DNA of 64,000 nt from Catajapyx aquilonaris (lineage: Eukaryota): contig KZ537995.1 of NCBI GenBank assembly GCA_000934665.2, forward strand, positions 1 through 64,000, written 5' to 3'. Under the pieces are notes generated by a model that worked only from the letters and a program-made list of their open reading frames with translations, was not told the origin of the DNA and did not search any database. Shown here piece by piece: positions 1 to 11,838 of this stretch (its first letter is position 1; the number at the start of each line of letters is the position of its first letter). The position numbers were made by a program, and so were the translations under genes.

Positions 1-1848
1 ATTTCTCCAGAAGGGTGTTGTCCTTCTAGCTGATAAGGAACCCGAAAAAAAATATTTCACCTTGAACTTCGAGTGACACTTCGAGAGGTTCCCTTGTGAG
101 ATAAAATGAATGACATACATTGCCTTGCACGTGTTTCTATCCCTCGCCTCTTCTTGGATCCAAATACTTTGGTTGGTACACTTTGTCTGTGCATCTTCCA
201 CTTGCTTCAGCAGCACCTGTTTCTTTTCCTGCAATGCTTTTATCTCTTCATCCCATTGCTTACAGTCTGCCTCCATATCTTGCAGTGACTGGTATGCAGC
301 ACCTACATTCTGGTTCATCTTTCCAAAGCTTTTGCTGGCTTCGTATGGAACCATAGCGGATGAGCTGTTCCGTTCATCGCTGGACACTTCCGGTAGCCTG
401 TAGGTGTAGTGGTTCCTGGTGTTGCTGGCTAAATGATAAGAATCAAAACATGACAAATCATTATTAACGTTTTTTAGTATCATCCAATATAAACATTGCA
501 TTACGTATAACAGAGGCTGAATTAGCACATTTTAAATTCTAGGTCAATGTCATACACTACACCATATTCAACTACACATTCAGGTTGTCTCAGTGGCGTA
601 GCGAGGTGGGAGCGCGGGGTCGGGCCGCCCCGGTGGCAAGTTGAAGGGGGCGGCAATTTTTGGCGTACTGCAGCTACAGCAAACACGATTTAGTGATTCT
701 ACAACTATTAAGATGTTCTCCAATTACTTAATTTATAAACACCCAACAATAATGCATTAGAATGATGACAAGTTCAGATGAAAATGCTACAAAGTGGTCA
801 GAAATGGGAGTTTTGCTCAGTGCGTTGCAATCTATTTCTGTGCTTTTTGGGTTTAGAGGATTATGTTCTTGCGGAAATTAATGATGCCCAGACTTATTTA
901 CAAAATAAAGGATTGCATGTACACTACAACAATGTGCTCAGAAGATGAGTGCTCATTGTTTAGGCATTGAGGCATTGTTAATGTATACAAGGGGTGGTTT
1001 AGTGAACAGTGGAGCTATTTTGTATGCTAAAGGACTGTGTGAAGAACTATGTATCGGAAAGCATTATGGAACCTCGCTGGCGATCTAGGAACAACTTACC
1101 CTATGACGACGAATTCAGGAGGGAAATATTTTCTTCACGGACCAGAGTACCGTATTTGACGGCATATAAGGTGCACTTGGAGGTTGGGTAATTTGGCTTT
1201 ATTGTCACATGAGCAAAAATTGACTAATCAAATGGATTTTGACAGTGTCATTAGTGATTTTGCTGCCCAAAAAGCAAGGAAAGTAAAATTGTTGTGGCGA
1301 TGAATATATGAAATAAACATATGACCCCATTACTTGACCTTTTTCCAATAGTAGCAACTTTTGCCTGCAATTAATAAAATTAAATGGTAATTGTAGGGGC
1401 GGCAAGTTTTAGATCCACCCCGGGCGCTCCTAACCCTCGCTACGCCACTGGGTTGTCTTGCATTTTTGGTTTCGTTTTTGAGTTTGCATCTGTACACTGC
1501 ACTGTATTGAATCAAGCCTTGTCAGCAGATATAAATTATATGTTATTGACAGTGCAATCCTGGCTCACCTGCAGTGGAATGTTGAGGGCTTCGGTCCCTG
1601 CTTCCAAAGGCAGACAGATATGGACTAGAAAATCGATGACCACTGGGACCTTCAAGGACAAAAGGTAACAACTACTGATACTCTGTGATGTTACCCCCTA
1701 GGAAATGGCACCAAGTAACCATGCCTTCCTTACCTGCAGAACTGCTGCTCTGTGGGTCATGAGACAGGAATGTCCCGCTGCTCCTGCGGGCATAATCACC
1801 TGGCCGCTGTGGCACTTTGAACTCAGTGAAGCCGTTGTAGCTCCCCAT
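1..1848 (-). CDS. 5' part of a spliced coiled-coil protein gene (exons ~1848-1734, 1649-1569, 428-119; continues off the left edge)
   Basis: Three phase-1-compatible GT-AG exons translate to MGSYNGFTEFKVPQRP...GPSGHRFSSPYLSAF...VGAAYQSLQDMEADCKQWDEEIKALQEKKQVLLKQVEDAQTKC; heptad-like; no stop before the window edge. Confidence 0.6.
591..1450 (+). mobile_element. Non-autonomous hAT DNA transposon (internally deleted)
   Basis: TIR CAGTGGCGTAGCGAGG / CCTCGCTACGCCACTG; perfect 8-bp TSD GGTTGTCT (583-590, 1451-1458); transposase C-terminal remnant QMDFDSVISDFAAQKARKVKL at ~1229-1290. Confidence 0.92.
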
Positions 1849-3355
1849 GATTGCACAAGCTACATTAAGACAGAATTAAAATATTGTGGACATGACATTT
1901 AAAATGGAAAAGATGAGAAGCAACAAATTGAATTTTTCTCATGCAGATATTTAGGTTTTTATTAATATTCTCAAGAGAAAAAATTAGTTTGAATGGAACG
2001 GTAGGCCTACAGATAATTCCATAATGGAAATTTTAAAATGCAACCTAAATTGATTGAAAACACAGATTTCCAGCAAAAAAAGATGTCCTTTTTAGCCACA
2101 TCTTTGCTACAGCTCAGTGCTTCAGTCACGTACAGTAGCAAGATGTATTCTGACAGTATAATATGTAAGTGCATCCTGTGAGAAGTACTTTTTCCTCATT
2201 GCAGAGACATCTGTCAAAGACTGTTATTTCTTTTCATATGCTTATTGATCAGAAAAATTCCCAGGCTTATGACAAATGTAAGCTCTGAGGAATTCTAAAT
2301 GCTGCTGTGCATTATATTTTGCCTACACTAGGTGTTCTGCACAATTGCAGAATTGGAAGGAACACTCATGCACAATTGCACATACGAGTAACACACACCA
2401 GTATAATAATTGTTTCAAGTTCCAACTGACACATCCTTTCTGTTTGCCATAGTTATTCTGACCTCCAGAAATGATTATCATCAACAGTTATTCAGGCCAA
2501 TATTTCAGAAATTTGAAGTTTTAAGTCTCACAATTCCAGAGTTACATTTTTTTTTCCAAATATGGCTAGTTTTTGCTTTTCATCCCCACGCAATTAAAAA
2601 GCTGCAATTTTGCATACATGATGATTACTCGTATCATACCCTAGAAGGCTTTGGTGCCGTTTAGCGCCGCGAAAGTCTTGCAGGTTTCTGTAGCCTATAT
2701 TTCCTGGATCTACGCGATGAGCTGAGTCGAATGACACTATTCCTAGAGTGTGAAAATGCTTGGTTCAAGAGTAATTGAATTTTGAAATTGCAAGTAATAA
2801 CAATGAATTAAATGAAAGTAAACAAGTACTCCTTTGATGAAAATGTTCACTTCCATTGTTACGGGAGGTGATTCTCCATGGAAATGTGAGAGCTGCCATG
2901 ACAATGTGCTGTGAGACATGCTGAATGATGTAATAAACCGTTGTTTTTGGTTCGTTGGATATGGAATGAGAGTGTAGGAGTTTAATTAATATAAAACATC
3001 ATTCAGGAGCATTCATGGCCGAGGATATCGATGCCTATCTGGAATTGGGCAAACCAGGGGTTAACCACTCGACTGTCTAGTGTACACTGGAGTACCAAAA
3101 AGGAATACCAAGGAGCATCTGTGAGTACCACTGCAGGTGTACACCGGAGAACTGAAGTAGTTAACCCCTTGGGGAAATAAGCCTTCCTAGAAGTAAGGAG
3201 GGAGGATGCTGTCTCCAGCTGGGCTATACTGCTGCTCGAACCCTCTCGCGGGCCAACAAGTGTTGCCGTGAATGCATCTTTTTTTTTATTACTCAAGGCA
3301 TGCCCCACGCTGATTGTGTTGGTGTTATCTGTGAGGCATTGGAGTGACCGGATCA

Positions 3356-3640
3356 GTACTGTCAGTCTTGTGGCCCTGCCAGGCACGGTACATCACCCGT
3401 GGATGATAATTTTAGTTAATGTGGAGCGTTAGCGGAGCTACGCTCGGAGCTACGCGTTTATTGTGAGTTTTGTATCTGCAACATTTACTGTCCGTTTTGT
3501 GGCCCCGCAGGCCAACGAACGTTATTGTGGCTTTGCCACACCCACATCACGCAACACCCACATCTACGCTGCCACAAGGCGGCCAGTAATGCTGCGAACA
3601 CACAACCCCCAAATTACGTGTAAAATTACCACGCAGATGC
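3356..3640 (+). repeat. Dispersed repeat, diverged copy at ~37137-37410
   Basis: Colinear blocks CAGTACTGTC..TCTTGTGGC.CTG.CAGGCA, GATGAT..TTTTAGTTAAT, TTACTGTCCGT.TTGTGGC.CCGCAG, TTATTGTGGCTTTGCCA, CAAATTAC. Confidence 0.7.
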
Positions 3641-6620
3641 TCGATCAGCTTCGATCCATATTCCCCCGATTCGAACAGTTTCCTTTCCCAACAATAATCC
3701 CCCCCACCAGAGTTTCAAACCCTGAAGATGCCGCCTGTCCACATCAGCTTCCCCCTTCCTTACCTGCCTCCCCTGCAGCCTGCGACGGACGAGGATGGAC
3801 GAGGAGGGCACCAGATTTGGGGAGATACAAAGACAGAACCTAACCGAACCTAACCAACTCATCGAAAATGGCGGACCGGAAATGGAGCTCTTTCTCCAGA
3901 ACGTTCGATTTGGAATGCCTCCCCCTGATTGGCTGGACCAACGCAAATGGGCGGGGCGAATCAAATCAATAAAAACATGACAGGAAGCAAGTTAATCTGT
4001 AATCGATTGGATTAATCGGAAGCACAAATGAGGGAGTGATTTTTAATAATAAAATTGTCATAAAAATTTATGGATAAAAAGAACGTTCAGTGTTACAGCC
4101 AATCAGCGCCTCCACTTTTCCCGCCCAAAAATTGGACACGCCCACAATTCGGACGATGTCAAATCATAATCATAATTAGTCATACTGTGGATATTATTTA
4201 AACATATTAAGCTGGAATATGCCTATAGGGCAATAATTCCTCGCTTCATTCACTGGCTGCCCTTCTCACGTGGAAATGTCTTGATGTCAGCAATAGAACG
4301 TAGATTACGAGACAAGGAGTACAAAAGTGGCAACAAATTAGGCTGACATTAAACAATTTGCACATGAAATCATGAATATTCATTAGAAATAGAAGGTCAT
4401 CATCTTCCACCTCTGTTATCTTTCATATAATTATATCCTATGTACTCGGAGCTTTTGGCGTGCACGGCGCACTCCACGAATGAACTTGTTGGAATCCGTT
4501 GGTCAGTTACATGTATAAATTGAGGCATTGTACAAAGACAAATATAAAATATCGCATATGAAATGCCTGACTCCTCACAGACATACCATATCTTAAGTTA
4601 AGGGTAATCTGGATCAACCCAGGTAGCACAAAAAGTTGGGCCAATATTGGCCCAACTTTTTGTGCTACCTGGGAATCTGCATGCATCATTATTATAAAGT
4701 CAGGATATTCTTGATCTAGTGAAAGTTATGCAGGCATCTAGCATGTCAATGCATCACTGAATATGTGGGCACATACATGCTTTACAACCACATGGTCTAG
4801 AAACCCCAGGTTTGAAAGGTAAGTCTTTAATAAATTAAAAATACGCAGTATATTGCCATGTAATATAAGAAGAAAATGACTGTATTAAGAGTAATCAGAT
4901 AAACACTTGAAAGAGGAGTGGCTGCCTGCACAGACAGGCTACTTCCAGCATCTGGATTAAGATGCTTGTGGCATGCCATTCATGTCCTTGTCTGCCACAA
5001 TAAATTTTTCCCACTGGCTTGATAACAGCTTTATGTCATCCATGCTAACAGCAAGTATTGAATTGCTTACCTGTGGACTGAATAATGCACAATGTAAAAG
5101 GACAATAATCTTATGGGCCCTGCAGTGTCCTACTGGGCTGCATATGTTCCTCAAGTTGATTTGGATCATAGAAAGAGTAATGATGCAATCCTGCAAATGA
5201 TGAATAAGTAACTAAAACGTAACCTGTAATTAACTAAAATAGCACACGCAAGGCAGTGAATACAATAGACATGTACCAGTGCCAGTATTGATCTGATCTT
5301 GTTCCAGTCTGTCTTTGCCACAGTTATACACATCCAACAAAAAGGTGTGTTTACAAACTTGCAAGAACTGGTGTTTTCAAACAAATCTCAAGCATTTTAC
5401 AGTAGTCGAGAAATCATTAACAGACAAGCAGGTTGCTTTGATAAAATAGGCTTTTTCTATAACCTAGTCTTGCACGTTTATGAACACACCTTAATATTTG
5501 TTGACACTATACTGTACCACCTGCAGCATATTGTAAAGATGGAGTTGACACAGAAGTGTGTTTGGTGACCCAACTGAGATCCACGCCATTTTGAGTTTCG
5601 CACAAGTCCCTGACTCAATGAGGACACATATGTATGAATTGAGCAAAGATTTTGGGGTGGCTTCACATAAGGTGGCAGTTATACACACAAAATCCAGATG
5701 TGCTAGCTGCACTGTAGCTACTTTCATTCTATGGAAACTTTTGCCCTTTGGTTCCTCCTACTTTGAACTTAATTCATTCCAGGTAGCCATTTGAACTCAG
5801 AATTGTTCAAAGTCCTAATCAGTTTTCCCCATTAGAAATCATGGAAAGTGAATTAATCCATTCCCAGACTCCAAGCAATGCCCATTTCAATAATCACATT
5901 CAAAAACACACAAGGTAAAAAATAAAATTACGTGCCCTAATAAATTAAAACACGAAAACAATAAAATGTGTAAGTACTGTAAATAAAGTGAAAAAATAAC
6001 TTAAAACATATGATCGTAACACAAGAGATGCTTTCACAGCAAGAGCGAGAGACGACTTGGGTACACAACAGATGACATTTACGCATCCAGCACTTTCTTT
6101 ACTTTTTTAAAATGTGAAATATATATATTTTTGTCACACTGAAGTTCAATCACAATCACAGGTTGTCAGAGTACCTGGATTGCAGTTGTCCTTAACCTCT
6201 GGAAAAAAGCACTCCTGCATTCTTCGCTGAGGTTAGCCTTCTTTACACAAGTAAATCAATAATTTCCAATTCTCGTGTTATTTCGTCACTTTGACAGCAA
6301 AGCACTTTTTTTAAAAAACTGTACAGTGTTGGACATTAATCGAGTCATACCACTAGCGACAATTTCCGAAGAGGCAGAAGAACGAATCTTGCTAACACGG
6401 CTTGCACTATCCATATCTTCAATTTGTTCTGCCGCTTCAGAAAATGTCACTAGAAGTATGACTCAAATTAATGTCCAACACTGTACTACTCACTTGCACA
6501 CCAGTCAAGAGTCCTTGCATAAAACCCTCTTTATCAATGAACTAAACCCCTTTTAACAGTCATTTCCAAGGTGGAAGTACAATACTGTACCAAGTCTGAG
6601 ACTGCCAGCAAACAATTAGA

Positions 6621-7380
6621 TCAGTCTGAATCATCTGAATGATCCTCTTCTTCTTCTTCTGCTTCCTCCAACCACTTGACGAATGGCTCCACCTGCTTCC
6701 TGACAGTGTTCCACCCATCTGGGTTGTCAGGAAGGGACTGATACCACTCCAGAATTCTGTCCTCAGAGAGAATGTTGTACTGGTATAAAAAGCGGATGAA
6801 CTTGGAGGACAAAGTGGCATTGCTGGTCACATCCGATGCACACCATTCCTGTTGTAAAATAAACAATCCGTAATAATGGTAATAATTATAAGTACAGCAG
6901 CCTCTTAATAACATTTTGACTTTTCTCAGTATGCAAGGAGAATAAGTCTTAAGAAAGATTGGCAATATATCAGAAAATGAATTTAATTATCCTAAGCAAG
7001 ACGTACATATGAAGTGACCCTAGCCTCAATGGCCACCTTCGTGAATCTGCACTTGCTGATGTAATTCATGAAGAATGCCTTGATGTTCGCAGGTGGTCCT
7101 TCATGGAATTATGGTGGTTTTGGACACAAAAGAAAATACTCCTGGACCCCAGCCACACACAGCCACTGAAGAGTGTGGTCCAATATCGGCGTGTTCAACA
7201 GCGGCAGAAGACACTGTCAAAATAATAATCAAGATTATGGCTGATGAAGCATATGGTCCACCTTATGCTACCAACCGTTGGCCTGTTGAGGACGAGCGGA
7301 CCGAACTTCCTGTTGAACGAGTCCGCCACGCTGACCGCCTGCAGCACGTCCTCCTTCTGGGCCAGTTGGGTCCCCATCAC
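6621..7380 (-). pseudogene. EIF2B5: Internally deleted eIF2B-epsilon pseudogene (N-terminal exons fused to W2 domain)
   Basis: EDVLQAVSVADSFNRKFGPLVLNRPT | intron | CLLPLLNTPILDHTLQWLCVAGVQE (frameshift) ...MKDHLRTS, jumping directly to KAFFMNYI..., then the last exon FLYQYNILSEDRILEWY...VEPFVKWLEEAEEEEED (W2 acidic box). Confidence 0.85.
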
Positions 7381-7950
7381 GGCTTATTTCTACCAAATCA
7401 AGTCAGATTTTGTCCACCAAAAAAAGGATCAGCTTGCATCAGAAGGGCGCCATCTTGGAATCAAGCATGGCCGACGAATGGTTCGAAATTATGACGACAG
7501 GTGGCTCTCGCTGCAGCCAAATACAGTATGGGACGAACAATACGGTAGCTTTGTACCCTTGTACCTCACATTAAAACTGAAAATAATGCATTTACAATTC
7601 CGACGGGCGAATCATCTGGAAATTTTAGCCACCTTTTTCGCATGAATTTTATTCTCAGCCATACCCCACAGAGGAAAATTGGCAGTGGCAATACACGGGC
7701 AACACCAATGAAACATTTTGCTTATTAGCATCAATATTATTGAGTTTAATCATTATTGCTTTGTAACTTTACTTGAAACAATATATCTTACCCTGATATA
7801 CTAATCAGGCACATGTTTCAGGCTATCTGGAAGATGTTTAGTATAACCAGCAGTATCAGCTAGTATTATACATTGGTACAGCGCATTTAAACATATTCAG
7901 GACCTATAGTTTATATTTGTACGATTTCAAGGCCGTGAAAAAATACTGGT

Positions 7951-8541
7951 TGTCAGACATTGGCCCACTCGATTAATTTATGGTTAGGTTAAAACTTATT
8001 TGTTAAGCGAAGTTTATCAGATTCATTTCAGCAGGTGACCCGACAATAATAATTAGCTATAAAGTTCGTGTAAAAATTTAGCAGTGTCAAGCACCTGAAT
8101 AGCTGGCTCTCCTCGCTCCTACAGTTGTTCACCCCTTCCGGCCCTTTTGTCTGAGGGCTTGCCTCGGTCAAACAATTGTAAGTTATGCGCTTGCGCGGCT
8201 TGGGTACCTGTGTCTGATCTTCCTCTTTCCTACAGCTGGCCAGGAACCGGGCCTTCTCGTGCAGCCGGACTACACAGACTCAGCAACTCCTCCACCGTTT
8301 TGGGGTCCGTTGGGGATAATTTTCTCTAATAAACCGGACCTCATCAGTCCCTTCATAATGTGCTTTATCTTTTCATCTTCGGGGAGGTGTAGATGGCCGA
8401 GATGGTAACGTCTCGGCTTGCTGAGTGAAAGGCCCCAGGTTCGATCCCCGCCTGGGGAACTTTCCTTTCACCTGCGTCAGGAGGGTCTCTGACCTGCACC
8501 AAGGAGGTGTCTGGCAACCTAACCTCCTGGGGAACAGCACA
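7951..8541 (+). mobile_element. LTR-like repeat containing a tRNA-derived Pol III module
   Basis: Starts TGTCAGA, AATAAA at ~8328, ends ...CAGCACA; A-box TGGCCGAGATGG (8394-8405) and B-box GGTTCGATCCC (8438-8448); no TSD found. Confidence 0.4.
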
Positions 8542-8699
8542 TGACCTATTTGTAGACATTGCACTTGCACCTATGTTCCCTCCCCAAAAATCCCTACCCT
8601 TACCCCATGTCCTTTCATCCTTGCACCGGAGTTGGAAGAAAAGTAGAAAATTGAAGGAAAATGGTGGTATTCCACTCCCCTATAAGGGCCTATGGCCCT

Positions 8700-9165
8700 A
8701 TCACGGGGTATATATAAAAAAAATAAAAAAATATCTTTTCATCTTCCCCCATGGTTCGGGAGATTGTCTGGCATAGGCCTAACACATCATAAAAATAATC
8801 TTCAACCGACTCTCCTGCTTGCTGTACCGGTACCCTATTCCTTAGGCGCACGGCCACTTCTTCAAACGCGACAGGCTTAAAAGGCTTCTTAATCTCCTTA
8901 CATAAATCAGCCCAGGTTATTTCCGGGACTGCCCCGTCAGTGCCTACATTTGCCTGCTTATGTTTGGCCTCATAGGCATTGTACCACTTCTGGGCGGTAC
9001 GTTCCAGAAAACAAGGCAAGTATTGGGCCTTCTGCTGGTCGTCCCAGCGCAGCGGTGGCAAATTGCAATACGCGTAAACTTTTGCAGGTAGCTCCGTATA
9101 TTTTCCTCGGGTCCCCCTGCAAATCGTCCCGGACCCATGTGGATCATTGGGGGAATTGTTGCCAC
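8700..9165 (-). pseudogene. gag: Ty3/Gypsy gag fragment (frameshifted, 3'-truncated)
   Basis: RFAGGPEENIRSYLQKFTRIAIC / WDDQQKAQYLPCFLERTAQKWY...TWADLCKEIKKPF...QQAGESVEDYFYDVLGLC is a typical retrotransposon capsid signature. Confidence 0.85.
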
Positions 9166-9292
9166 ATACTAGATACCTGACGCATCTAACGGGCCCCTCT
9201 CTTTCTGAGCTATTGATATTATCAGATTGTTGCTAATTTAGCCACAATAAGGGGGTACTTAGCTCAACAGCTTTGATTTGTACCAAAAATCC

Positions 9293-10001
9293 AGTCAGAG
9301 ATCGATCAGAACGAAGCAGGTTGTAAAATTAGTGCATAGACAACAACTTCCCATTCGATATAAGTTTGTTTATTGGTGCGGTCATGATTACAGCAACAGA
9401 CCCCAAAATACCCATAGAAAATAGACAAATTGGCAAGTCAGGCAGGCTACTTTGTTCAGGATAGAATTTAGAGAGCACTAATACTCACCCCAAATTATTG
9501 GGTTGTACATCCTGACTCGTTCAGGACTGATGGCGGGTCGTCTTCGTTGACTCTTGCTCCCCTCAGGACTCGACCCCCATGCCCACGAAAAGTAGGCTTT
9601 TATACCCCGCCTATCGCCGCCTATCGCGTCTTTTCAGAGAAGTCAGTGCCCCTTAAAGGTCACCTTGAGGTGATTAATTTACTAGAAAAGGCTATTTCCA
9701 GCTTGAGTCGTCATAGATAGGCCTAGTACACGGGCGTTACCACATAACTTATGACGTTTTTGAGTGGGCGAACCGGACCTTCTTAGTCACGAACTTCGGC
9801 AAATTATATGCCGCAAAATTCCCCACTTCTGCTAATAGGTGTGTTGCAATGGGACATCCGTTTAGTAAGGTCATTACTGACGCAAACGGAAAGTCCCACA
9901 TGAGTCACAAAAAATCCCTTTTTTCTCCTACATTGTTGCAGGCTGAGATAATACGCCATTAGTTTGAGCATACACCGTGATGCGGAGTCAATTATCTGAC
10001 A
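9293..10001 (-). repeat. 3' LTR (~700 bp; left boundary approximate)
   Basis: TGTCAGA start after the PPT; TATAAAA (~9597-9603), donor-like GGTGAGT (~9488), AATAAA (~9369-9374), TCTGAC end near 9294. Confidence 0.7.
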
Positions 10002-10480
10002 TCCCCCACCTAAGATTGCAAGGCGATGATAAACGACTTGCTGTGTCTGACCCCAGACACGCGTCATACCCATGCGAATTCTCGAGCCGGTATTTGCGAT
10101 TGTGCAAGGCCACTAAATCTGCCCATAACCAGTTGCAAACAGCTTTTTCTTTGCTCCCCTTACTCTACGTTCACAAGCACACAGACTTCTCCTTCAAAAC
10201 GCGCATTTACGTAAGCAAACACGTACATCAACAAAAAGTTAATTGCTCCTATCCTGCACGCCAACAAAACAAAAAGAATAAACGTTTCCACCCTGCACGA
10301 TATCGTGCCTCGCCTGATTACCAAAGAAGAAAAAAAAAGAAACCAGGAAATGTCTACCGTAACAAGAAGAAATTGTAGACTTGAGTGATAAAAATTAAAA
10401 AAAAAGATTGCATGACCCACATTTGCATCAAACAAGAAGATGTAAGCAAAACATTGTAATAAAAAAATGTATACACATGC

Positions 10481-10996
10481 TTGTTAAACATAACGGAACT
10501 CGATACGGCGCTAACAGCCACTCCCTTCATCTACGGACTCCCCACGAGCATCCAATCGACAATGGTCTTCATCTGGTTAGGGTCCCTGACAATTGCAATC
10601 GTGCTGTTGTGGTTAAAGCACCCAGAAATGCTATTTTTAGCACATGCGAGACCAATGTCTGCATTCGACACTACAATATTTAGCGACGCGTCACATCTCA
10701 TATTTTCCGTGTTTGTATTGGGAATAGGAGCGTATCTTCAGTGGAAGTTAATAAGTATTTGCAGAAAAATCTGGAGAATTGAGAGAACTCCAGAGGCCGC
10801 TCTGGACGCAGAGGAGGCCAGGTCGACCGAGTTGGGTCGAGTGTTAATCCCCAGATGTGACGAGGGAACTAGGTACGTCGAGCAAGAGGATCTGAGGATG
10901 GACCGAGGAATACCACGAGCCAGCCAACGGGGAAGCGCGCCTGATCAACGCCGACCGCCCCCTGGCAGGACGATGGCGGTCCTGGATTCAGACTAG
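10481..10996 (+). CDS. Antisense accessory ORF of the retroelement, two predicted TM helices and a basic/Pro-rich tail
   Basis: Hydrophobic segments MVFIWLGSLTIAIVLLWL and LIFSVFVLGIGAYLQW followed by RKIWR; lies between env and the 3' LTR. Confidence 0.45.
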   Translation: MLNITELDTALTATPFIYGLPTSIQSTMVFIWLGSLTIAIVLLWLKHPEMLFLAHARPMSAFDTTIFSDASHLIFSVFVLGIGAYLQWKLISICRKIWRIERTPEAALDAEEARSTELGRVLIPRCDEGTRYVEQEDLRMDRGIPRASQRGSAPDQRRPPPGRTMAVLDSD

Positions 10997-11838
10997 TCCT
11001 GGACCGGAGAAGCCCTCCTTGACCCGCAGATGCCCAGATCTGCGAACGGACGACGAACCGGCGAGTATAATGACTAATTGAATTTATGGAATTCCAGCGA
11101 AGAAAAAAAAGGAGTTAAAAGAGAGAGGTCTGCCACAACTCAAAAGGAGTAGTGAAGGATTACGCGTAATTGAGTAGCTCTTACGTAAGGCACAAGAATA
11201 CCGTTGAGAGAATCCGGCGTGCAATTATAGTCTAGACTAAAGGACACTCCAAATAATAAACGCATGCGTAATGTAAACGGAAATAGATAGGGTTAGGATA
11301 CCCTGCCAGGGGAAGCAGGAAGTTGGAGGTGTAATAAGGGGCACAGGCAGATAAGAGATAAGACCTGTTGTCCGGAAGTGCCACTACGTATACTAGGGTA
11401 ATACAGTATAATCTGGGAATCGGCCCTAAGGAATTAAAAAGGATCACGCATAAATTTTAGAGCGGCCATATACGCGCCAAATAACCATTGTTTGCAAGTT
11501 TTTAACAGAGTAGTCGCTGTATAGTTCACGGTTAGAGCCGTATGTAGAGCAGGCCCCGTATAACCAAACCATACCGGAAGTGGGTCTGATAGTACTGTAG
11601 TGATAAGTGGAGAGAGAGATATCAGGTCGAGAGAGAGGAGAGAATAAGCCGCGTAAACACTCGAAATAAGTACATAAATTAACAGGCGAGATGGGTTTCG
11701 AAAATGGAGGGGGACTAGAACAAAGAGTAAAGGAGCTTACCCTATGGGCGGGGACCAATTAGGATCCGTTCCGTATACGGGAGTCCCGGACACTCGTGTC
11801 GGCGGCAGTACTCCCTGAAGAGGGTGTACTCCTCCAGG

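Noticed and set aside
4950..6540. Possible decayed exons on the minus strand
   Set aside because: Frames are interrupted and I cannot recognise any family
8386..8460. Possible functional tRNA gene
   Set aside because: A/B boxes are present, but there is no convincing 7-bp acceptor stem or canonical anticodon arm
9270..9293. Primer binding site after the LTR
   Set aside because: TGG-starting sequences are present, but I cannot match them to a tRNA 3' end
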